64,000 nt of DNA from Deltaproteobacteria bacterium (GCA_040218735.1 JAVJQW010000017.1:96001-160000); one strand, 5' to 3'. Shown: positions 1 through 9,900, counted from the stretch's first letter. Notes: generated by a model from the sequence alone, not told the origin. Numbers and translations: made by a program.

Positions 1-2
1 TC

Positions 3-68
3 GTGAACCTGGGCGCGACCGCGCGCGACGAGGCCCGACGTTTCGTCGAGATCGCCGCGCGCGAATAA
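3..68 (+). CDS. 3' end of a gene entering from the left edge (partial)
   Basis: Open frame with GC-rich third positions, ...VNLGATARDEARRFVEIAARE, ending in TAA at 66-68. Confidence 0.4.
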   Translation: MNLGATARDEARRFVEIAARE

Positions 69-89
69 CCCACGGAGGTCCGCGAAGTC

Positions 90-539
90 CTACTCTTCGC
101 TCGCGCCGCTCTGCCCGCCGGTCGACTCCACGGCCTTGCCGGTGTCGCCGGTCTCGAGGCGGACGGCATCGCCGCTCGCCGCGCCGGTCGTGGTCTGGGT
201 CTGCGCCTTGTTGCCGACCTCGGCCGCGACCTGCGCTTCGACGCGCGCGGCGTCGGTCTTCGGCGGCGCGACGTTCTCGGCGCCGGCGCGGGCCTGCGTG
301 AGGTTCGTCTGGTTGCGGGCGCCGATCCCGTTGAAGGTCCGGACTTCCTTGTGCGCGTCGGCGCGAATCTCGTTCTTCACGGCGACGTTGTTGTCCTGGA
401 GGCGCACGACGCTATCGGAGATGGCGATCGTGTTGTCGGCCTCGCGGGAGCGGGTATCGGTGGTGGCGCTATCGAGCGACTGGGTCGCATCGATGGCGGC
501 GGTGGTGTTGACGACGTTGGCGTTGATCTGAAGGGCCAT
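90..539 (-). CDS. Hypothetical 149-aa Ala/Thr/Asn/Gln-rich protein with flagellin-like N-terminus
   Basis: C-terminal part of ORF 90..1055 from ATG 539 (MALQINANVVNTTAAIDATQSL); the upstream part overlaps the TPR gene and is implausible. Confidence 0.65.
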   Translation of the reverse strand: MALQINANVVNTTAAIDATQSLDSATTDTRSREADNTIAISDSVVRLQDNNVAVKNEIRADAHKEVRTFNGIGARNQTNLTQARAGAENVAPPKTDAARVEAQVAAEVGNKAQTQTTTGAASGDAVRLETGDTGKAVESTGGQSGASEE

Positions 540-551
540 GCCGACGTGTAG

Positions 552-568
552 AGCAAGGTCCGGGCCGA
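552..568 (-). promoter_or_regulatory. Putative sigma54 (-24/-12) promoter
   Basis: Minus strand TCGGCCCG-GACC-TTGCT versus consensus TGGCACG-N4-TTGC; correct GG/GC spacing, 12 nt before ATG 539. Confidence 0.4.
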
Positions 569-639
569 TCCGACATGGCTCGGATCGACCCGGACCCCAC
601 CGCCCGGGGAGGGGCGAGTTGCGGATCCTGCAACGGGGC

Positions 640-1836
640 TCAGAGCGGCCGGGCCTCCAGCGCCTGGAGCGCCTCCAGCGCGTGCGCGGCGTGGGGGCCT
701 TCGGGCGCCAACGCGAGGTACCGGCGGTACTCGGCGGCGGCCTCGGCGGGCCGCTCGCGCTCCGCGAGGGCGACGGCGAGCGCGTGACGCGCCGGGGCGT
801 AGTCCGGGTCGGCCTCCAACGCGCGGCGGAACTGCACTTCGGCGGCGTAGGGTTTGTCGAGCGCCTGGTATGCGCGCCCCATCCCGACGAAGGCGGGCGC
901 GGGGTCCCGCCCCGACTCGGCGACCGCCTCGAACGCGAGCAGCGCATCCCACGGCTGGTCGAGCGCGAGGAGGTCCTCGCCGAGCTGCAGCGCCGGCGGC
1001 GCGTCGTCGTCCACGCGATCGGTGGCGCGCGCCTCCACCGCGGTCGAGGCGCCAAGGTCCTTCAAACGCGTGCCGCGCGGCGCGGCACGCGAGCGGTGGA
1101 CGGCCGGCGCCGAAGCGGATGTCGAATCGGGCGCGAAGTTGGAAGGAGCCGCCTCATCAGCCGCCGCGACGCGCTTCGGCGCAGCACGCGAGCCCGAAGG
1201 AACCATCGAAGACGCCGCGTCCGGCCCGGCCGCCGCGACGCGCTTCGGCGCCGCCCGCGAGCCCGAAGGAGCCGTCACAGACGCCGCCTCCTGATCGGCC
1301 GCCGCGACGCGCTTCGGCGCCGCCCGCTCGCCCGGCCCGGCCTTCACGGGCGCCGCCTGCGGGTCAGGCGCTCCCGTCACCGGCGCTGCCGTCAGTCCGA
1401 CCGGCGCGACGTGTTCGCTCGTACTCGATCGCGAGTCGGGCACAGGTTCCGCGATCTCAGGGGCCTGCTCGGGCGCCTCCACAGCATCTCCGCGCTCGGC
1501 CGGCGCTTCATCCTCCGCGACGCCCACCGGGATCGCAGCGGCGTCCGGCTCGAGCCCGAACCCTTCGCCGTCGAGGAGCGGCGACACGGCGGGGACGTCC
1601 GCGAGCGGCTCACCGACCTGCAGCGCCGCGTCGACCTGCGCGGCGACGTGCGAGCCGCGCTCGGCGATCGCCACGATGCCAAGGGCCACCACGGCGACGG
1701 ACGTCGCGAAGACCAAGCCTCGCGTGAGGCGCCGCTGCCAGACGAACCGCCGGATCATGCGTTCGGCGTCCTCGGCGCGCAGCCTTCGGCGTTCGTGGGT
1801 GTGAAGATCGACGGGGAAGCTCGGGAGCGTGTTCAT
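640..1836 (-). CDS. Membrane-anchored protein with low-complexity linker and C-terminal TPRs
   Basis: One TM segment (GLVFATSVAVVALGIVAIA), Pro/Ala linker, TPR motifs (AFVGMGRAYQALDK, AEYRRYLALAPEG); SD GGAGG upstream. Confidence 0.8.
   Translation of the reverse strand: MNTLPSFPVDLHTHERRRLRAEDAERMIRRFVWQRRLTRGLVFATSVAVVALGIVAIAERGSHVAAQVDAALQVGEPLADVPAVSPLLDGEGFGLEPDAAAIPVGVAEDEAPAERGDAVEAPEQAPEIAEPVPDSRSSTSEHVAPVGLTAAPVTGAPDPQAAPVKAGPGERAAPKRVAAADQEAASVTAPSGSRAAPKRVAAAGPDAASSMVPSGSRAAPKRVAAADEAAPSNFAPDSTSASAPAVHRSRAAPRGTRLKDLGASTAVEARATDRVDDDAPPALQLGEDLLALDQPWDALLAFEAVAESGRDPAPAFVGMGRAYQALDKPYAAEVQFRRALEADPDYAPARHALAVALAERERPAEAAAEYRRYLALAPEGPHAAHALEALQALEARPL
1142..1330. repeat. 69-bp (23-aa) tandem repeat, about 3 copies, inside the TPR gene
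   Basis: GCCGCCGCGACGCGCTTCGGCGC recurs at 1160, 1229 and 1298; encodes RAAPKRVAAA units. Confidence 0.85.
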
Positions 1837-1878
1837 GGCGAGTACCTCCAGCGCGCGTCGCGCTCGCAGGTCTCCAAC

Positions 1879-1895
1879 AGCACACGCCGGGCCAG
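1879..1895 (-). promoter_or_regulatory. Putative sigma54 (-24/-12) promoter
   Basis: Minus strand CTGGCCCG-GCGT-GTGCT, about 40 nt upstream of ATG 1836. Confidence 0.45.
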
Positions 1896-1991
1896 CGCGA
1901 CTTCGGGCTCGAATCGTTCGTGATCTGTCGTGGGACGCACCAGGTGAGGCGATCGGTCACGGGCGCGCTGGGACCGAACGACGCTCTGACC

Positions 1992-3605
1992 TCACCGAAA
2001 CAAGGTCAGCGCCTCCCGCGCGGCTTCCACGAGCGGAGCTTGCGCGACCGCACGCGCATCACGCAGGACGGCACGCATCGTCTTGTTCGCCGCGTCAACG
2101 TCGCCCTCCGCCCAGGCGGCCCACGCGCTCCCGTAGCGCGCGTAGAGGTCCTCGCCGGGGCTCGGTCCCGAACGCGCCGCTTCCACGTACGCCTTTCGGG
2201 CTTCCGCCGCGCGTCCGCGCAAGAAGTGAACGTCGCCCACTTGCAACAACACTCGCCGCCGCGACGCCGCAACTTCGGTTGCGTCATGACCGTCGGGCGG
2301 AGCGTCGTACACCGCGAGGGCGCGTTCGAGCCACGGGAGCGCCCGCTCGTGCGCAGGGTTCCAAAGCGCCGCGATGCGGAGGATCTCCGCCACCGCGATC
2401 GGGTCTCGCGTTGGGGGGCGCGGCGATTCGAGGATCACTTCCGCGTCCAACGCCGCGACGATCCGCCACGTGTCGGCGTTGCTCGCGTCGACCGCGGACA
2501 CACACGGCGTCGCCGCGTCCTCGCCAGCGAGGCGCCAGGCGGCTTCGAGCCGAACGACGCGCGCCCTCCGCTGAAAGTCCTCGACGAAGATGGCCTGCCG
2601 CCGCGCCTCTTCGCTTCGAATGATCGTCGCGAAGTCCCGCCACTGCTCGGCCTCCTGTTGGCCGTAGGTGATCAGCGAAGCGTCCTCGAGACCTTCGAGC
2701 TCCGCCTTTGCGCGCGCCGAACGCGCCTCGAGGCGTGCGAGGCGGACGTGCGTCGGAGGCGGGGCCACTTCGAACGCCGGGTCGAGGATCGCCCCCGCCA
2801 GCTCGACGGCCTCCGAGAGCACGCACTGTCGAAGCCGCACGGCGGCGCGCAGCACCGCCACCTCCGGAGTGCGCCGAGGGTCGAGGCCCTGCATCGCGTC
2901 CCACGCGGCGTCGTCGTTACCGGAACGGTAGTGCGCCCAAGCGCGCTCGATGTGGCGCGGATCGTCGGAAGCGGCGTCCGAGAGGATCGTGGTGTACCGC
3001 GCGACGCTCGCCTCGAAGTCTCCGGCTTCGTAGTCCAGACGAGCGAGCGCGCTCTCGGCTTCGCTCGCGACATCGGCTTGCCCCTTGCGGCGGGCGACCT
3101 CGCCGGCGTTCTCGAAGTGCTTCCGTCCTGCGATCGCATCGCGGCGATGTCCGGCGGCGATCAGGCCCATGCGAAACTGCGCGCGCGGGTAGTGCTCGGA
3201 GCTCGCGGGTACCTCTTCGAGGTGGGCGATGGCCGCCTCGCTGTCGCCCTTCCGCGCGTCGTGCGAACCCAACGCGTAGTGCGCCCACGTCCGCTGTTCG
3301 GCGGACAGCGGCAGCTTCCACAGCCGCGCGCCGATGTTCGCCTCGAGCCAGACGGGCAGGACGAGGCGGTCGTCGATTCGCCGCCCGACCTCGACGAGCA
3401 AGACCTCCGCCCGCGTGCGGGCGGGGCCCGGTTTCGATCGCCCCACCTGAGACATCAACAGCCGCATCGCGACGTGGAGGCGATCGTCGTCCATGAGGTC
3501 CCGCGCACGGGCCTCGAGCGGTTGGATCGCGACGCGACGTTCGTGTCTCGGCGTCGCGCAGCCGACGAGCGCGACCAAAGAGAGTCCGAGCCACAGCTTC
3601 TGCAC
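1992..3605 (-). CDS. TPR-repeat lipoprotein
   Basis: Signal peptide with lipobox LVGC from GTG 3605; multiple TPR-like helical repeats. Confidence 0.7.
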   Translation of the reverse strand: MQKLWLGLSLVALVGCATPRHERRVAIQPLEARARDLMDDDRLHVAMRLLMSQVGRSKPGPARTRAEVLLVEVGRRIDDRLVLPVWLEANIGARLWKLPLSAEQRTWAHYALGSHDARKGDSEAAIAHLEEVPASSEHYPRAQFRMGLIAAGHRRDAIAGRKHFENAGEVARRKGQADVASEAESALARLDYEAGDFEASVARYTTILSDAASDDPRHIERAWAHYRSGNDDAAWDAMQGLDPRRTPEVAVLRAAVRLRQCVLSEAVELAGAILDPAFEVAPPPTHVRLARLEARSARAKAELEGLEDASLITYGQQEAEQWRDFATIIRSEEARRQAIFVEDFQRRARVVRLEAAWRLAGEDAATPCVSAVDASNADTWRIVAALDAEVILESPRPPTRDPIAVAEILRIAALWNPAHERALPWLERALAVYDAPPDGHDATEVAASRRRVLLQVGDVHFLRGRAAEARKAYVEAARSGPSPGEDLYARYGSAWAAWAEGDVDAANKTMRAVLRDARAVAQAPLVEAAREALTLFR

Positions 3606-3673
3606 GGAGCGAACGGTACACACGTCGCGTAGGCCGGCAACGTGCGGTGGCGACGGATGTCGCAGTCGACGCG

Positions 3674-5182
3674 CTACCCGCGTTTATCGGTGGTCTTGCG
3701 CGTCTTCTTCTTCTTGCCGGCCTTGCGCGCACGCTTCACGGCGGTGGCCTGCTTCTTCGGGTTGTACTGCGCCTTCTTCTTCCCGCGCTCGGCCGGCTTC
3801 TTCTTCTCCTTCTCCTTGTGGCTGCGGTAGCCGACGAGGAGCGGGATGCCGTCGAAGCCGTACGCTTTCCGCAGCTCGTTGATGAGGTAGCGGCGGTAGC
3901 TGTAGTGGATGAGCTTCGGGTCGTTGACCGAGATCAAGAACCGCGGCGGGCGCACGTCGATCTGCGTGACGTAGTAGATGCGCCCCTGCTTGCCCTTCTT
4001 CGAGGGCGGCGGGTGCCGGTCCATCAGCTCCTCGACGAACTTGTTGAGCTTCCCGGTCGTGATGCGCCGCCCGTACTCCTTGTGCACCTTCTTCGCGGTG
4101 GGGAGGAGCCGGTCGACGCCCTCCCCCGTGTGCGCGCTGGTGAACACCACCGGCGCGTACGCCAGGTGCGGTAGCTCTTCGCGGAGTTTGTCGCTGATCT
4201 CCTTCTTCGTCTTGCCCGACACCGCGTCCCACTTGGACACGACGAGGATCACCGCCTTGCCCTTCTCGTAGGCAAACGCGGAGACCTTCGCGTCCTGGTT
4301 GGCGACGTCTTCGGTCGCGTCGAGCAAGAGCAGCGCGACGTCGGATCGTTCGAGCCCCTTGAGCGCCGCGATCACCGAGAACTTCTCGACGCGCATCGCG
4401 ATGGAGCGCTTCCGGCGAATGCCGGCGGTGTCGATGAACAGGTACTCCTGGTCCTGGTGCAGGACGAGCGAGTCGACGGAGTCCACCGTCGTCCCTGCGA
4501 CCTCCGAGACGAGGTGGCGGTCCTCGCCGAGCATCCGGTTGATCAGCGACGACTTGCCCGCGTTCGGTCGGCCGATCACCGCGATTCGGATCGGGCCAGT
4601 GGCGTCGCTCGGGTCCTCGCCGGGGGATGGGAGCTCGTCGACCAGCCCCATCTCGTCGATCGGCGTGGGGAGACGATCCGCGATCATCTCTTCGAGCTCA
4701 CCGACGTTGCGCCCGTGCGCGGCGCTGATCGGGAGCATGTCGGGCAGCCCCAAACCGTAGAAGTCGTGCAGCAAGTCTTCTTGCTTCGGGCCGTCGATCT
4801 TGTTGACGCCGACGACCACCGGCTTGCCGCTCTTGCGCAGCATCTTCGCGACGTCGTGGTCCTCCGGCGAGATGCCGACGCGGCCGTCGGTCAGGAAGAT
4901 CATCGCGTCCGCTTCGTCGATCGCGAGCTGCGTCTGCTCGACGACACGACGCATGATCGGATCGTCCGAAGTCGGATCGAACCCGCCGGTGTCGACGAGC
5001 ACCACGTCGACCGAGCCGCGGGTGCCGTCCAGCGTGGCGTCCGCGTAGATGCGGTCGCGCGTCACGCCGGGCATGTCCGCGACGATCGAGCGCTGCGCCT
5101 TGAGGAACCGGTTGAACAGCCGCGACTTCCCGACGTTCGGGCGCCCCACGATCGCGACGATCGGCTTGCCGCCTTCCATCAC
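3674..5182 (-). CDS. der: Ribosome biogenesis GTPase Der (EngA)
   Basis: Two tandem G domains (GRPNVGKS, GRPNAGKS, DTGG/DTAG, NKID) plus KH-like C-terminus. Confidence 0.97.
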   Translation of the reverse strand: MMEGGKPIVAIVGRPNVGKSRLFNRFLKAQRSIVADMPGVTRDRIYADATLDGTRGSVDVVLVDTGGFDPTSDDPIMRRVVEQTQLAIDEADAMIFLTDGRVGISPEDHDVAKMLRKSGKPVVVGVNKIDGPKQEDLLHDFYGLGLPDMLPISAAHGRNVGELEEMIADRLPTPIDEMGLVDELPSPGEDPSDATGPIRIAVIGRPNAGKSSLINRMLGEDRHLVSEVAGTTVDSVDSLVLHQDQEYLFIDTAGIRRKRSIAMRVEKFSVIAALKGLERSDVALLLLDATEDVANQDAKVSAFAYEKGKAVILVVSKWDAVSGKTKKEISDKLREELPHLAYAPVVFTSAHTGEGVDRLLPTAKKVHKEYGRRITTGKLNKFVEELMDRHPPPSKKGKQGRIYYVTQIDVRPPRFLISVNDPKLIHYSYRRYLINELRKAYGFDGIPLLVGYRSHKEKEKKKPAERGKKKAQYNPKKQATAVKRARKAGKKKKTRKTTDKRG

Positions 5183-6174
5183 GCTTCCTCTTCCTCGATC
5201 TGCGCCATCGCCTCGGCCAACAGCTGAGGCGAGATCTCCACCTCGGGCTCGTCACCCGAGGGACCACCGTAACCCAGCTTCGCCATCGCGCCCGCGTCGG
5301 ACGACCAGTCACCCGTGACGCGCACGTGCAGCTCCAGGAACACCTTCGTCCCCACGAGGTACTCGATGTCCTTGCGCGCGCGCGTCCCGATGTCCTTGAT
5401 GCGCTCGCCGCGGCGCCCGATCACGATCGCCTTCTGAGAAGGACGCTCGACGTGGATCGTCGCCGCGATGCGCACGATCTTCGGGCGCTTGTCCTCGAAC
5501 GAGTCCAACGTCACCGCCGCCGAGTACGGCAACTCGTCCTTCGTCGCGAGCATGACCTTCTCGCGGACGAACTCGGCGACGATCGAGCGCTCCGACTCGT
5601 TCGTCACCTCCTCGCCCTCGAAGTACGAAGGCCCCTCCGGCAGCGCTCCGGCGAGCTCCTTCAGCAGGCGGTCGAGCCCCTTCTTCTTCGACGCCGAGAT
5701 CGGCACGACCGCCGCGAGGCGCTCGCCTATCTCCGACTCGAACCGCTGAATCTGAAGGAGCATCCCCTCCTTGTTCTTCACGCGGTCGACCTTGTTCAGC
5801 ACCAGCACCACCGGCTTCGTCGACTGCGACAGCACGCCGAGGATGCGCTCGTTGCCGGGCGTGACGCGGTCGTCCTCGCGCGCTTCGACCACGAGCGCGA
5901 TGACGTCCGCCTCGGCGATCGCCTGCTCGGCCTGCGCGACCATGTAGCGGTTCAGCGGCCCCTTCGCCTGGTGGTGGCCGGGCGTGTCGAGCAAGAGGAG
6001 CTGCGCGCCCGGCGGGTTGAGCACGCCGAGGAGGTTCTTGCGCGTGGTCTGCGGCTTGTGGGTCGTCGCCGCGATCTTCTGACCGAGCAGCGCGTTGAGG
6101 ATGGTGGACTTTCCGACGTTGGGACGCCCCACCAGGGCCACGTAGCCCGACCGATGCGGCGTCTCGTCCGTCAT
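5179..6174 (-). CDS. era: GTPase Era
   Basis: GYVALVGRPNVGKST, KPQTTR, DTPG, NKVD, ELPYS, KH domain with VIGRRG. Confidence 0.97.
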   Translation of the reverse strand: MTDETPHRSGYVALVGRPNVGKSTILNALLGQKIAATTHKPQTTRKNLLGVLNPPGAQLLLLDTPGHHQAKGPLNRYMVAQAEQAIAEADVIALVVEAREDDRVTPGNERILGVLSQSTKPVVLVLNKVDRVKNKEGMLLQIQRFESEIGERLAAVVPISASKKKGLDRLLKELAGALPEGPSYFEGEEVTNESERSIVAEFVREKVMLATKDELPYSAAVTLDSFEDKRPKIVRIAATIHVERPSQKAIVIGRRGERIKDIGTRARKDIEYLVGTKVFLELHVRVTGDWSSDAGAMAKLGYGGPSGDEPEVEISPQLLAEAMAQIEEEEA

Positions 6175-6175
6175 C

Positions 6176-6817
6176 TCACTTGCCGGCGGTGCGGAAGATC
6201 GTGACCTTCTTCATCACGACGTCCTGCACCGGCTTGTCCCCGGGCGCGGTCTTCACACGCGCAATCTTGCGCACCACGTCCATGCCCCCGATGACCTCAC
6301 CGAACACCGAGTGCCGGTTGTCGAGGTGCGGCGTCGGCCGCTCCGTGATGAAGAACTGCGAACCGTTCGTCCCCGGCCCGGCGTTCGCCATCGACAGGAT
6401 CCCCGGCTTGTCGTGTTTGAGCGACGGGTAGAACTCGTCCGCGAACTTGTACCCGGGGCCGCCGCGGCCGGTGCCCGTCGGGTCGCCGGTCTGGACCATG
6501 AAGTTCGGGATGACGCGGTGGAAGATGATGCCGTCGTAGTAGTTCGACTTCTTCACCTTGCGAGTCTTCGAGTCGATGTAGGGCTGCTTGCCGCGCGCGA
6601 GGCCCACGAAGTTCGCGACCGTGCGCGGCGCGAGCTTTTCGTGGAGCTTCACTTCGATCGTACCCAGCGTGGTCTCGATCTTGGCGTGGAGCTCACCCTT
6701 GCCCTTCACGCCCTCGAGCGCCTGCTTGATACCGATCTGCTTCGGAGGCTCCTGCGCCACCGCGGTGGACGCGGCGCCGACGAGCAGTGTGAACGCGAAG
6801 AGGCCAATTCGATGCAT
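6176..6817 (-). CDS. Secreted cyclophilin-type peptidyl-prolyl isomerase
   Basis: [40 protein letters not shown]; N-terminal signal peptide. Confidence 0.95.
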   Translation of the reverse strand: MHRIGLFAFTLLVGAASTAVAQEPPKQIGIKQALEGVKGKGELHAKIETTLGTIEVKLHEKLAPRTVANFVGLARGKQPYIDSKTRKVKKSNYYDGIIFHRVIPNFMVQTGDPTGTGRGGPGYKFADEFYPSLKHDKPGILSMANAGPGTNGSQFFITERPTPHLDNRHSVFGEVIGGMDVVRKIARVKTAPGDKPVQDVVMKKVTIFRTAGK

Positions 6818-6850
6818 CGCGGCCCAATGACACCACACAGACGAGCACGG

Positions 6851-7555
6851 TCAAGTCTGACCGTCGTCACGCATCTTCGCGAGCACCGCGCGGGCCGCCT
6901 GCTGCTCGGCGCCCTTCTTCGTGCGGCCCTCACCGCGCCCGAGCACCGTGTCGTTCACGCACAGCTCCACGACGAACGACCGCTCGTGCTCGGGTCCGTG
7001 CTGATCCACCAGGCGATACACGGGTGTCACGTGATGCTCGGCCTGGATGTGGTGCTGCAGCTCGGTCTTCGGATCGCGCCGCTCCAGCGTGCCGTCCTTC
7101 GGGAGCTCGATGCGGCTCAGGAGCACCCGCTCGGCCTCCGCGTAGCCTGCGTCCATGTAGATCGCCGCCATCACCGCCTCGAAGGCGTCCGAGAGGATCG
7201 ACGCCTTGTCGCGCCCGCCGGACATCGCCTCGCCGCGCCCGAGGCGGAGGGCCTCGCCGAGCTGGAGCTCGCGCGCCATCCGCGCGAGGGCCTTCTCGCT
7301 GACGACGGACGCACGCATCTTCGAAAGCGCCCCCTCCCGCGCGTCCGGGAACCGCTTCATGAGCGCGACGGACACCACGAGATCGATCACCGCGTCCCCG
7401 AGGAACTCGAAGCGCTCGTTGTCGTGCGCGCGGTCGTCGGCGATCTCGTTGACGAAGGAGCGGTGCGTCAGCGCCTGCGTGAGGAGCTTCGCGTCCGAGA
7501 ACTCGTAGTCGAGCAGCTGGCAGAGGCGGACCACCGGGTCCTTCGAAGTGCTCAC
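6851..7555 (-). CDS. rnc: Ribonuclease III
   Basis: ALTHRS, NERFEFLGDAV signature, C-terminal dsRBD; GTG start overlaps the mnmA stop. Confidence 0.96.
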   Translation of the reverse strand: MSTSKDPVVRLCQLLDYEFSDAKLLTQALTHRSFVNEIADDRAHDNERFEFLGDAVIDLVVSVALMKRFPDAREGALSKMRASVVSEKALARMARELQLGEALRLGRGEAMSGGRDKASILSDAFEAVMAAIYMDAGYAEAERVLLSRIELPKDGTLERRDPKTELQHHIQAEHHVTPVYRLVDQHGPEHERSFVVELCVNDTVLGRGEGRTKKGAEQQAARAVLAKMRDDGQT

Positions 7556-8748
7556 GCGAGCCCCTCCTCGATCCACGCGCCGCCGACGACCTCTTCGCCG
7601 CGGTAGAATACCGCCGCCTGCCCGGGCGCGACGGCGCGGACCGGACGATCGAAGTCCACGCGCACGCGGCCGCCGTCGAGCGGGACGACGGTGCCCTCGG
7701 TGCCGTGGTCGCGGTAGCGGATCTTCACGGTTGCGCGGACGGGCGCCTCGGGGCGGCCCGCCGGCCATGACGCACGGGCGGCGACGAGCGCGGTCTTCTC
7801 GAGCGACGCGGCCGGGCCGACGACGATCGTCTGCTGCTCGGCGTCGATGTTCAGCACGTGCAGCGGGTGCTTCGCGGCGATGCCGATGCCCTTGCGCTGC
7901 CCCACGGTGAAGTTCATGACGCCGTCGTGCCGGCCGAGCTCGCGCCCCGCCTCGTCGACAATCGGTCCGCGGTGATCACCCGCCGCCTCCGGCTGCCGAC
8001 GCACGAAGCCTCCCGCGCCAGCGCCGCCGACGAAACACACCTCCTGGCTCTCGAGCTTGTGCGCGACCGGCATGCCGGAGTCGAGCGCGAGCGTCCGGAC
8101 CTCTTCCTTGGTGCGCGCGCCGAGCGGGAACAGGAGCGTGCCGAGGATCTTCTCCGCGACACCGAACAGGAAGTACGACTGGTCCTTGTCGCGGTCGACG
8201 CCGGTGTACAGGCGCGTGACGTCGTCGTGGGTGACACGTGCGTAGTGGCCGGTCGCGAGGCGCGCGCAGCCGAGCGCACGCGCACGCGCGGCGAGGCGCC
8301 CGAGCTTCACGAAGCTGTTGCAACCGACGCACGGGTTCGGCGTGCGCCCCGCGACGTACGCGCGAACGAACGGGCGAACGACGGCGTCGTCGAAGGCGTC
8401 GCGCGCGTCGATCACGTAGAACGGGACGTCGAGCATCTCGCTCACCCGGCGTGCGTCCTGGAGGTCGTCCGGCGGGCAGCAGGCGCGCGGCGCGAGCGGG
8501 TTATCGGGATCGGGATCGTGCAGGCGGAGCGAGAGGCCGACGACGTCGACGCCGGCCTCGCGGAGTAGGTAAGCGACAACCGCGGAGTCGACGCCACCCG
8601 ACATCGCGACGGCGACGCGCTGTCCGCGCAGCGTATCGAGCTCGCGCGCGATGGCGTCCGCCGTCGGCGGCGCGACGACGTGCGTCGGCGCGGCGTCGGT
8701 CGACGCAGCCTTGTCGAAATGTGCGAGGTTGGGCGCGCCGCTGTTCAC
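7552..8748 (-). CDS. mnmA: tRNA 2-thiouridylase MnmA
   Basis: AMSGGVDSAV, TPNPCVGCN, ATGHYAR, KDQSYFL, ESQEVCF, TVGQRKG, APGQAAVFY; start approximate. Confidence 0.95.
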   Translation of the reverse strand: MNSGAPNLAHFDKAASTDAAPTHVVAPPTADAIARELDTLRGQRVAVAMSGGVDSAVVAYLLREAGVDVVGLSLRLHDPDPDNPLAPRACCPPDDLQDARRVSEMLDVPFYVIDARDAFDDAVVRPFVRAYVAGRTPNPCVGCNSFVKLGRLAARARALGCARLATGHYARVTHDDVTRLYTGVDRDKDQSYFLFGVAEKILGTLLFPLGARTKEEVRTLALDSGMPVAHKLESQEVCFVGGAGAGGFVRRQPEAAGDHRGPIVDEAGRELGRHDGVMNFTVGQRKGIGIAAKHPLHVLNIDAEQQTIVVGPAASLEKTALVAARASWPAGRPEAPVRATVKIRYRDHGTEGTVVPLDGGRVRVDFDRPVRAVAPGQAAVFYRGEEVVGGAWIEEGLA

Positions 8749-8767
8749 GGTAGCGCCCGCGTGGGCG

Positions 8768-9154
8768 TCACGCCGTGGCGAGTCCGCCGCCTTCGCCGGC
8801 TTGTCCGTCACCCGAGCCATCGTCGCTGTCCTGGTCGTCCTCACCGATGGGCCGCTCCGGACGCGGCGCCATTCCGGGTGGATAATCCACGCGTTCCTTC
8901 AGCTCTTTGCCAACCTTGAAGAACGGGAGGCGCTTCGCCGGTACGTGGATCGTTTCCCCGGTGCGGGGGTTTCGGCCCGTGTACGCGTCGTAGGACTTGC
9001 TCGTGAAGCTGCCAAACCCGCGAATTTCGATGCGCTCTCCGCGCTTGAGAGCCTGCGTCATCTGGTCGAAGACCAGGTTGACGACCTGCTCGGCGCGCTT
9101 CTTCGTGATCTTGGCCCGTTCGGCCAGCTTCTCGACGAGCTCCGACTTGTTCAT
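8768..9154 (-). CDS. ihfB: Integration host factor beta / HU family DNA-binding protein
   Basis: MNKSEL..., RIEIRGFGSF, GRNPRTGE, PFFKVGKELKERV; acidic C-terminal tail. Confidence 0.85.
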   Translation of the reverse strand: MNKSELVEKLAERAKITKKRAEQVVNLVFDQMTQALKRGERIEIRGFGSFTSKSYDAYTGRNPRTGETIHVPAKRLPFFKVGKELKERVDYPPGMAPRPERPIGEDDQDSDDGSGDGQAGEGGGLATA

Positions 9155-9204
9155 GAACTTCCCCAGCGAGATGTGATTGGCTTTTGCCGCGACTCGCTCA
9201 TCGA

Positions 9205-9278
9205 CACTCCCGACAGGACTCGAACCTGTGGCCTACGGTTTAGGAAACCGTCGCTCTATCCAGCTGAGCTACGGGAGC
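9205..9278 (-). tRNA. tRNA-Arg(CCT)
   Basis: GCTCCCGTAGCTCAGCTGGATAGAGC...ACGGT-TTCCTAA-ACCGT...GGTTCGAGTCC...CGGGAGTG; cloverleaf, CCA not encoded. Confidence 0.96.
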
Positions 9279-9292
9279 AACCCCCACCCGCT

Positions 9293-9321
9293 TTGGTAGC
9301 CTGGCCCGAAAGTCCTGTCAA
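9293..9321 (-). promoter_or_regulatory. Sigma70-type promoter for tRNA-Arg and ihfB
   Basis: TTGACA-17nt-TACCAA just upstream of the tRNA. Confidence 0.65.
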
Positions 9322-9366
9322 TACCGCAACATATCAGCTTCCCGGCCCCGTGCGAAGGGCCGGGCC

Positions 9367-9900
9367 TCAGTACGTCACCAGCGCGAAGCAATCGTGCGCG
9401 GCGAGGCGCTGGCGGCCTTCCAGGAAGCCGAGCTCCACGAGGAAGGCGACCTCGGCGATCTCCGCCTGGGTCTGACGTACGAGGTTGCAAGTGGCCGCCG
9501 CGGTGCCGCCGGTCGCGAGGAGGTCGTCGATGACCACCACGCGCTGGCCCGCCTGCAGAGCGTCCTCGTGCATCTCGAGCGTATCCTCGCCGTACTCCAG
9601 CTGATAGCTCTGCGAGCGCACCTTGCGCGGGAGCTTGCCGGGTTTGCGCACCAGGACGAGCGGCTTCTCCATCTTCGCGGCGATCGGGGCGCCCAGGAGG
9701 AAGCCGCGCGACTCGATGGCGACGATCGCGTCGACGTTCCGCGCCGCGTAACGCTCCGCGAACATGCCCGCGAGCGCGGCGGTGCTGGGACCGTGTGCGA
9801 AGACGGGGGTGAGGTCCTTGAAGACGATCCCGGGCTTCGGGAAATCCGGGACGTCCTTGATCAGGTCACGTATCTGCTCGGAGAGCTGGCGATGATCCAC
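9367..9900 (-). CDS. apt: Adenine phosphoribosyltransferase
   Basis: VPDFPKPGIVFKD, ESRGF, VRKPGKLP, YQLEYG, VVVIDDLLATGGT. Confidence 0.96.
   Translation of the reverse strand: MDHRQLSEQIRDLIKDVPDFPKPGIVFKDLTPVFAHGPSTAALAGMFAERYAARNVDAIVAIESRGFLLGAPIAAKMEKPLVLVRKPGKLPRKVRSQSYQLEYGEDTLEMHEDALQAGQRVVVIDDLLATGGTAAATCNLVRQTQAEIAEVAFLVELGFLEGRQRLAAHDCFALVTY

Noticed and set aside
565-665. Apparent peptide duplication (RWRPGRSEPRCRI / RWGPGRSEPCRI) in ORF 90..1055
   Set aside because: It lies in a frame that is probably untranslated and the DNA similarity is weak; likely chance plus the local inverted repeat.
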